Assembly: GCF_042660085.1 (NCBI RefSeq)
Contig: NZ_JBHSTI010000002.1
Location: 90,001-122,000 of the forward strand
Direction: 5' to 3'
Length of the DNA stretch: 32,000 bases
Origin: Longivirga aurantiaca
GTDB lineage: Bacteria; Actinomycetota; Actinomycetes; S36-B12; CAIYMF01
Below, piece by piece: positions 26,601 to 32,000 of the stretch (the first letter of the stretch is position 1; every line of letters begins with the position of its first letter). The position numbers and the translations under genes were made by a program. Below the pieces are notes generated by a model. That model was not told the origin of the DNA. It searched no databases and worked only from the letters and a program-made list of their open reading frames with translations.

Positions 26601-28000
26601 GCGGCGGCACCGGGCTCGACGAGGCGGCGACGGAGCTGCTCGACCGGCTCACGGCCCTGGGCATCAGGACCGTGGTGATCGGCGGGTCGGACACGCACGG
26701 GGTCATGCGCGGGAAGCGCCTGCCGTTCGCGCAGCTGCGGCAGATCCTCGAGCACGGCATGCCGCTCTGCGACGTGTTCTGGGTGATGCACGTCGACGAG
26801 TCCGACCTCGTTCCGCGGCCCGAGGACCATGTCGGCTACTTCCCCACGGAGAAGCAGGGCTATCCCGACATCGTCGCGCTCCCGGACCTCGGCACCGTGC
26901 GTGTCGTGCCGTGGCACGAGGACACCGCGTTCCTGCTGGGCGACTGGCACCTGCCGCACGGCCACGGGCCGGTGCCGATCGCACCCCGCAACGTGCTGCG
27001 GTCGGTGGTCGAGCGCGCTCAGGGCATGGGCCTCACGCCGTACAGCGCCCTCGAGCTCGAGTTCTACCTGTTCGACGAGCCGCTCGGCACCGCGCACGCG
27101 AAGCGCCCGGCCGAGCTCGTTCCCCTGCAGGAGCGCCCGAGCACCTACGGCGTCGTCCTCGGCGCGCACCAGGAGCACATCTCGTCGGTGATCCGGCAGA
27201 GCATGCTCGACTACGGGCTTCCCATCGAGGCCTGCAACCCCGAGACCGGGCCGGGCCAGTTCGAGATCAACCTGCGCTACACCGGCAGCCTGGAATCCGC
27301 GGACCACGCGTTCCTGTTCAAGTCGGCCGTCAAGGAGGTGGCCGGTCAGCTCGGCTACCTCGCGACGTTCATGGCCAAGCCGAACCACGAGTGGGCGGGC
27401 AACAGCTGCCACATCCACCTGAGCCTGCGCGACGACGCCGGCCGCGGCCTGTTCTACGACGCCGCAGCCCCCGACGGCATCTCCGCGACGATGCGCCACT
27501 TCGTCGGAGGCATCCTCGCCACGATGCCCGAGCTCACGGCGCTCATGGCGCCGACCCCCAACTCCTACCGCCGCTACGCGCCCTACAGCTGGGCGGGCAC
27601 CACGGCCACGTGGGGCATCGACAACCGGTCGGCCGGCCTGCGCGCCATCGTCGAGGGGGAGCTGGGCACCCGGCTCGAGCACCGTCAGCCCGGCGGGGAC
27701 GTGAACCCGTACATCGGGACGGCCGTCGCCCTGGCCGCCGGTCTCTACGGGATCGGGGAGTCGATCGAGCCGGCCGACGTCGTCCGCGAGGACGTGTACG
27801 CCATGCCCGCGGGAACCGTGCCCGGCCTTCCGCGCACCCTCGAGCACGCGGTCGACCTGCTCGACGGCAGCGCGATGGCCCGCGAGTGGCTCGGTGCGGA
27901 CTTCGTGGGGCACTACGTCGCCATGAAGCGCGCGGAGATCGAGGCGCAGTCCCGTGCCGTCACCGACTGGGAGGTCGCGCGCTACCTCGAGGCGCTCTGA
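26597..28000 (+). CDS. Glutamine synthetase family protein (gamma-glutamyl-amine ligase-like)
   Basis: ATGA overlap with BVMO; TPYSALELEFYLFD, GPGQFEINLRY, NSCHIHLSL, NRSAGLRAI; divergent from housekeeping GlnA. Confidence 0.88.
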   Translation: MSGGTGLDEAATELLDRLTALGIRTVVIGGSDTHGVMRGKRLPFAQLRQILEHGMPLCDVFWVMHVDESDLVPRPEDHVGYFPTEKQGYPDIVALPDLGTVRVVPWHEDTAFLLGDWHLPHGHGPVPIAPRNVLRSVVERAQGMGLTPYSALELEFYLFDEPLGTAHAKRPAELVPLQERPSTYGVVLGAHQEHISSVIRQSMLDYGLPIEACNPETGPGQFEINLRYTGSLESADHAFLFKSAVKEVAGQLGYLATFMAKPNHEWAGNSCHIHLSLRDDAGRGLFYDAAAPDGISATMRHFVGGILATMPELTALMAPTPNSYRRYAPYSWAGTTATWGIDNRSAGLRAIVEGELGTRLEHRQPGGDVNPYIGTAVALAAGLYGIGESIEPADVVREDVYAMPAGTVPGLPRTLEHAVDLLDGSAMAREWLGADFVGHYVAMKRAEIEAQSRAVTDWEVARYLEAL

Positions 28001-28005
28001 CCGCT

Positions 28006-28029
28006 GGTCAGTGCACCTCGTGCCCGCCG
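28006..28029. repeat. 24-nt direct repeat, copy 1
   Basis: ggtcagtgcacctcgtgcccgccg, identical to 30688-30711. Confidence 0.9.
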
Positions 28030-28046
28030 TCCACGAGAGTCAGCGG
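28008..28046 (-). pseudogene. Remnant of an SDR gene 3' end (GPLTLVDGGHEVH-stop)
   Basis: Minus-strand reading GPLTLVDGGHEVH* aligns without gaps to the last 13 residues of the SDR at 30690 (GQAVNVSGGHEVH*); the rest of an SDR is absent. Confidence 0.55.
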
Positions 28047-28675
28047 GCCTCGACGGGGGTCACCAGCGCTCCGGCGGTCCCGAGCCACGCTGGGATGAGG
28101 ATCGCTGCGACCCACGCCGTCACGGGGGTCGCAGCGAGCACGACCATGACGAAGGCACTGATCGACAGCCACCTCGGGATACGGCGGAACGCCACGGCGA
28201 CAGCGAGCACGAGGGCGAACCCCACGGCGTAGCGGCCGAACTCGACCATGTTGGCGGCGACGAGGGCTGCCTCGCCCGAGGCGGCCCCGGGGGTCGTGAG
28301 CAGGTCGGCGCCCACCAGGGAGCCGGCCGCGAACGAGCCGTAGTAGAGCGCCAAGAGGACGGCGACGGCGCAGCCCGCATGGCCGACGACGGCTCCGGCA
28401 GGCCCCCGGACCGTCCGCGAAACGCGGACGACGGCGACCGACAGGGCCGCCGCGGCATAGACCGCCAACGTCGCCGCGAGCACGATCGCGCCTGCCTGGT
28501 CGACGAGCTGTGCGCCCAGCCCTGCTCCGTCGGTCGCTGTGATCCTCTCGCCCAGAACGACGAGGGCAGCGGCCGCGAGCACAGCCCCCGCACCGCTGAC
28601 GGCCCGCCCGATGGCGTCCATCCGCCGGGATGCGGTCGGCACGGGTGGCGTGGAGGTCTCGACGTCGATGTGCAT
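28040..28675 (-). CDS. Hypothetical integral membrane protein
   Basis: MHIDVETSTPPVP... then about 6 hydrophobic segments; GGGAGAGA RBS-like sequence before this ATG. Confidence 0.7.
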   Translation of the reverse strand: MHIDVETSTPPVPTASRRMDAIGRAVSGAGAVLAAAALVVLGERITATDGAGLGAQLVDQAGAIVLAATLAVYAAAALSVAVVRVSRTVRGPAGAVVGHAGCAVAVLLALYYGSFAAGSLVGADLLTTPGAASGEAALVAANMVEFGRYAVGFALVLAVAVAFRRIPRWLSISAFVMVVLAATPVTAWVAAILIPAWLGTAGALVTPVEAR

Positions 28676-28687
28676 GCTCTCTCCCAT

Positions 28688-28717
28688 GGTCGGCCGGGGC
28701 CCGTGCCCCGGTCGACC
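28688..28717. promoter_or_regulatory. Imperfect inverted repeat in divergent intergenic region
   Basis: ggtcggccggggc (28688-28700) / gccccggtcgacc (28705-28717), 12 of 13 pairs. Confidence 0.4.
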
Positions 28718-28821
28718 GGACGCTAGGAGCGGCGACGGTGAGGTGGCTTCTGTCGCGGGGCCAGGCCTTCTCTGCCGCAAGGCAGAGGCCGAGCGCGTCG
28801 CCAGCACCTACGCTCCGACCC

Positions 28822-29940
28822 ATGTCACGCGGAGGACACCGACGGGTGCTCGTGCAGGACGTCGTGCTCGCGGGCGCGTTCACCCTCGCCGCGCAGCTCG
28901 AGCTCACGGCCCAGTCGTCGGTTGTCGAGGGCCCCCTGCTCTGGCAGCGCTCGGCGTTCCTGCTGATCACGTCATCCCTGGCCGCGCGTCGGCGGGCGCC
29001 GATAACCGCGGTGGCCGTCGCCTCGACGGGATTCGCGCTCCAGGCGGCCGTCGGTGATGCCCCGGTCGCCAGCGGCTTCCTGGCACTCCTCGTCCTGCTC
29101 GCCTCGCTGGGCTTCTACGCGTCGCCCGGGCGGGGTGCCTCCGGGGTCGCCCTGCTGCTGGCAGCGGGCGCGGTGCCCGCCGTCCTGAGCGGGATGGCCG
29201 TGGGGGACCTGCTCGTCAACGCGGTCGTCATCATCGGGACGTGGGCGGGGGCGTTCCTCATCCACCGGAGCATCGAGCGACGCCTCGAGGCCGAGCTGGG
29301 ACGCGAACGTGCAGCCCGGGAGGCGGTGCTGTCCGAGCGTGCCCGGATCGCGCGGGACCTGCATGACTCGGTCGCGCACGCCATCACCGTCATGACTCTG
29401 CAGGCAGGCGGCGCACGGCGCCGGTCCAGCGATCCCGTCGTGCAGGACGCCCTCCTCGTGGTCGAGGGCGCGGGTCGGCAGGCGCTCACCGACATGAACC
29501 GGTTCCTGGAGGTGCTCGGCAGCGACGTCGAGGCTCTCGGCGAGGCGCCGGGGCTGGACGACGTGCCCGACATCGTCGACGTCACCCGCGCGGCCGGCGC
29601 CGACGTCGAGGTGAGCATCTCCGGGCAGGTCGACCGCGTGCCGGCCAGTGTCGGCGCGACCGGCTACCGCGTCGTGCAGGAGGCACTCACGAACGCGCTC
29701 AAGCACGCCTCGCCAGGACCGATGCGCGTGCGGGTGGTGGCGGGATCCGACGCGCTCGACGTGCTCGTCGTCAGCCCCGCCGCACTGGCGGGACCCAGGG
29801 CAGGCGCGAACGGCGGCGGGCGAGGACTGAGAGGCCTCCGCGGGCGGGTCGCGGTCTTCGGGGGGAGCCTCGCCGCTGGGGCGGAGGGCGACGTGTGGCA
29901 GGTCGCGGCCCGCATCCCGTACGAGGACATGCCGTCATGA
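28822..29940 (+). CDS. NarL-family sensor histidine kinase (HisKA_3 type)
   Basis: N-terminal TM segments; phosphoacceptor ERARIARDLHDSVAHAITVMTLQAGGARR; RVVQEALTNALKHA N-box. Start trimmed from ORF 28630..29940. Confidence 0.88.
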   Translation: MSRGGHRRVLVQDVVLAGAFTLAAQLELTAQSSVVEGPLLWQRSAFLLITSSLAARRRAPITAVAVASTGFALQAAVGDAPVASGFLALLVLLASLGFYASPGRGASGVALLLAAGAVPAVLSGMAVGDLLVNAVVIIGTWAGAFLIHRSIERRLEAELGRERAAREAVLSERARIARDLHDSVAHAITVMTLQAGGARRRSSDPVVQDALLVVEGAGRQALTDMNRFLEVLGSDVEALGEAPGLDDVPDIVDVTRAAGADVEVSISGQVDRVPASVGATGYRVVQEALTNALKHASPGPMRVRVVAGSDALDVLVVSPAALAGPRAGANGGGRGLRGLRGRVAVFGGSLAAGAEGDVWQVAARIPYEDMPS

Positions 29941-30611
29941 GCCAGAGCGCCGTCGCGGTCGAGGTGGTCATTGCCGACGACGAGCCGCTCGTGCGAAGCG
30001 GCCTGAGGCTCATCCTCGACGGCTCCGCGGTGGAGGTCGTGGGCGAGGCGGGCGACGGGCTGGACGCGCTCGAGCTCGCCCGGCGCTGCCGGCCGCGCGT
30101 GCTGCTGGCCGACCTCCGCATGCCTCGGATGGACGGGATCGAGCTGACGCGCCGCATCCGGCACGACCCGGAGCTCGACGACGTGCGCGTCGTCGTCCTG
30201 ACGACCTTCGCCGAGGACGACTACCTGGTCCGTGCCACTCAGGCGGGAGCCGACGGCTACCTGCTCAAGTCGATGCCGCCGGAGGACATCGTGGCAGGGG
30301 TGGCTGCGGCGGCACGCGGTCAGACGGTCCTCGCGCCCGCGCTCGTGCAGCGACTCCTCGCGGAGCACGTCCATGGCAGGGTGACGGCGTCACCGGCGAT
30401 GGAGCGGCTCACGGCGCGGGAGATCGACGTCCTGCGCCTCATCGCGGTGGGCAGGTCCAACCTCGAGATCGCCCACACCTTGTTCGTCGGTGAGGGGACC
30501 GTGAAGACCCACGTCGCGTCCATCCTGCGCAAGCTCTCGGTCAGGGACCGCGTCCAGGCCGCCATCGCCGCCTACGAGCAGGGCCTGGTGAGGCCGGGTG
30601 AACAGGGCTGA
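29937..30611 (+). CDS. NarL/LuxR-family response regulator
   Basis: VVIADDEPLVRSGL, VLLADLRMPRMDG, YLLKS, LTAREIDVLRLIAVGRSNLEIAHTLFVGEGTVKTHVASILRKL; overlaps kinase stop (ATGA). Confidence 0.93.
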   Translation: MSQSAVAVEVVIADDEPLVRSGLRLILDGSAVEVVGEAGDGLDALELARRCRPRVLLADLRMPRMDGIELTRRIRHDPELDDVRVVVLTTFAEDDYLVRATQAGADGYLLKSMPPEDIVAGVAAAARGQTVLAPALVQRLLAEHVHGRVTASPAMERLTAREIDVLRLIAVGRSNLEIAHTLFVGEGTVKTHVASILRKLSVRDRVQAAIAAYEQGLVRPGEQG

Positions 30612-30624
30612 GGCACCACCGAGC

Positions 30625-30684
30625 GCCTCACGCACCGAAGTCCCAGAAAACCGTTGCGGTTTGTGGCACTTCGGTGCGTGAGGC
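30625..30684. repeat. 60-nt intergenic inverted repeat / possible bidirectional terminator
   Basis: gcctcacgcaccgaagt (30625-30641) / acttcggtgcgtgaggc (30668-30684), 17 bp perfect, with weaker inner pairing aaaccg/cggttt. Confidence 0.85.
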
Positions 30685-30687
30685 GTG

Positions 30688-30711
30688 GGTCAGTGCACCT
30701 CGTGCCCGCCG
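30688..30711. repeat. 24-nt direct repeat, copy 2
   Basis: ggtcagtgcacctcgtgcccgccg, identical to 28006-28029; covers the 3' end of the SDR gene. Confidence 0.9.
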
Positions 30712-31436
30712 GACACGTTGACCGCCTGGCCCGTCACGAACGACGAGCGCTCGTCGACGAGGTGGGCGACCGCGTGGGCGACGTCGTCCGGCGTGCAGGC
30801 CCGCCCGAGCGGGATCTCGGCCACGAACCGGTCGCGCCAGCCCGCGGTGTCGACCTCGGCGTATGCGTGCGCGAAGTCCTCGGCCAGGCTCTCCATCATC
30901 GCGGTGTCGCAGATGACCGGGCAGACGCAGTTGACCGTGACCCCGGTGCCCACGAGCTCGAGCGCGAGCGACTGCGCGAACCCGATGACGCCGAACTTGG
31001 ACGCGCAGTAGTGGGCGATCCCGGGCTCGCCCGTCTTGCCGGCGTCCGACGAGATGCACACGACGCGGCCGCGCGGCGAGCGGCGCAGCAGCGGCAGGCA
31101 GGCCTGCACCGCGAGGAAGGTGCCGGTGAGGTTCACGGTGAGCACGCGGTCCCACTGCGCGCGGCTCATCGTCTCGACAGGCGCGACGTCGATGACGCCC
31201 GCGCAGGTGATGACGGCGTCGAGCCTGCCGAGCTCGGTCTCGACGGTGCTCGCGAGCGCGGCCACCGACGCCTCGTCGGTGACGTCGCACGCCACCCACC
31301 GGTCCGGCCCGGGCACCGCGTCGGCGCGGTCGCTGCCCACGACGAGCCAGCCGTCGTGCTGCAGCCGGGCGGTGATGGCGCGGCCGATGCCTCCGGCGGC
31401 GCCGGTCACCACGGCCACGGGCGGCGAGGTGCTCAT
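30690..31436 (-). CDS. Short-chain dehydrogenase/reductase
   Basis: VAVVTGAAGGIGRAI, CAGVID, YCASKFG catalytic motif, C-terminal VTGQAVNVSGG. Start trimmed from ORF 30690..31799. Confidence 0.92.
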   Translation of the reverse strand: MSTSPPVAVVTGAAGGIGRAITARLQHDGWLVVGSDRADAVPGPDRWVACDVTDEASVAALASTVETELGRLDAVITCAGVIDVAPVETMSRAQWDRVLTVNLTGTFLAVQACLPLLRRSPRGRVVCISSDAGKTGEPGIAHYCASKFGVIGFAQSLALELVGTGVTVNCVCPVICDTAMMESLAEDFAHAYAEVDTAGWRDRFVAEIPLGRACTPDDVAHAVAHLVDERSSFVTGQAVNVSGGHEVH

Positions 31437-32000
31437 CGGACCTCGACCGAGCGGAACCGCGCGAGCTTGGTGCGCAGGATGTACGAGCTCGCCGAGAACG
31501 GCCACTGCGACACCACCCTGCCGGTGCCGGCCTTGAAGTAGCTGGTCGTCTCCGCCCACACCGTCCGGCGCAGCTGGGCCTGGACCCAGTCGTTGAACTT
31601 CCGGAACGCCTCCGGGTTCACCGTGATGAGCGACCGGGAGGGGTCCTTCAGCTTCGCGATCAGCGAGGCGGCGAAGTCCGCCTGGGCCTCGTAGAACGAC
31701 ACGAGGGGCACGGCGTTGGTGTTGGGGCCGTACATCATGAAGAAGTTCGGGAAGCCGGGGACCATCATGCCGAGCAGGGCCTCGGGCTCGCCGTCCCACA
31801 CCTTCTGCAGGTCCGCGCCGCCCTCACCCGTGACCTGGTAGCTGCTGAGGTAGTTCGCGGCATCGAACCCCGTGGCGAAGATGACGATGTCGACGGGGTG
31901 CTCGGTGCCGGAGGCGTCGACGACCCCGGTGCGCGTGAGCGACGTCACCGCGCGGGGCACGAGGTGCACGTGGTCCTGCTTCAGCGTGGGGTAGTACGTG
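31433..32000 (-). CDS. Flavin-dependent monooxygenase, BVMO-like (C-terminal part, runs off window)
   Basis: YYPTLKQDHVHLVPRAV...VDIVIFATGFDAANYL, GFPNFFMMYGPNTN; stop overlaps SDR start; frame open to window edge. Confidence 0.85.
   Translation of the reverse strand, partial: TYYPTLKQDHVHLVPRAVTSLTRTGVVDASGTEHPVDIVIFATGFDAANYLSSYQVTGEGGADLQKVWDGEPEALLGMMVPGFPNFFMMYGPNTNAVPLVSFYEAQADFAASLIAKLKDPSRSLITVNPEAFRKFNDWVQAQLRRTVWAETTSYFKAGTGRVVSQWPFSASSYILRTKLARFRSVEVR

Noticed and set aside
26543-27913. 456-aa minus-strand ORF opposite the glutamine-synthetase-like gene
   Set aside because: No recognisable motif, and codon content mirrors the plus-strand coding frame.
28000-30711. Transposon or integrative element with its own recombinase
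   Set aside because: No transposase, integrase or resolvase motif in any ORF here; only the bracketing direct repeats support an insertion, so mobility itself is not claimed.

Overview
High-GC actinobacterial chromosomal window, gene-dense. No rRNA, tRNA, CRISPR array, transposase or phage gene was recognised. From left to right: a polyamine-type ABC importer (potD-potB-potC, no potA visible); an alpha/beta hydrolase; a purF-purM / DUF3073 / valine-dehydrogenase-like / bldC backbone, into which a LacI-PfkB-sugar ABC cassette sits between the dehydrogenase and bldC; TetR + MMPL exporter; two LuxR-type regulators with degenerate receiver domains flanking a PAS-like-GGDEF protein; a secreted endonuclease/exonuclease/phosphatase-fold protein; and a catabolic-looking cluster (DMT transporter, class I GATase/PuuD-like, Fe-ADH, Baeyer-Villiger-type monooxygenase, glutamine-synthetase-like ligase, SDR, second BVMO-like enzyme). 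A membrane protein plus NarL-type two-component pair interrupts that cluster. Most notable: (i) the gamma-glutamylation/Baeyer-Villiger gene combination as a possible amine or cyclic-ketone pathway; (ii) a 24-nt direct repeat at 28006-28029 and 30688-30711, encoding the same SDR C-terminus, that brackets the two-component block and looks like an insertion or recombination scar; (iii) the pseudo-receiver/GGDEF/pseudo-receiver triad; (iv) two intergenic inverted repeats of about 60 nt. Functions are assigned by reading motifs only; no database search was run.
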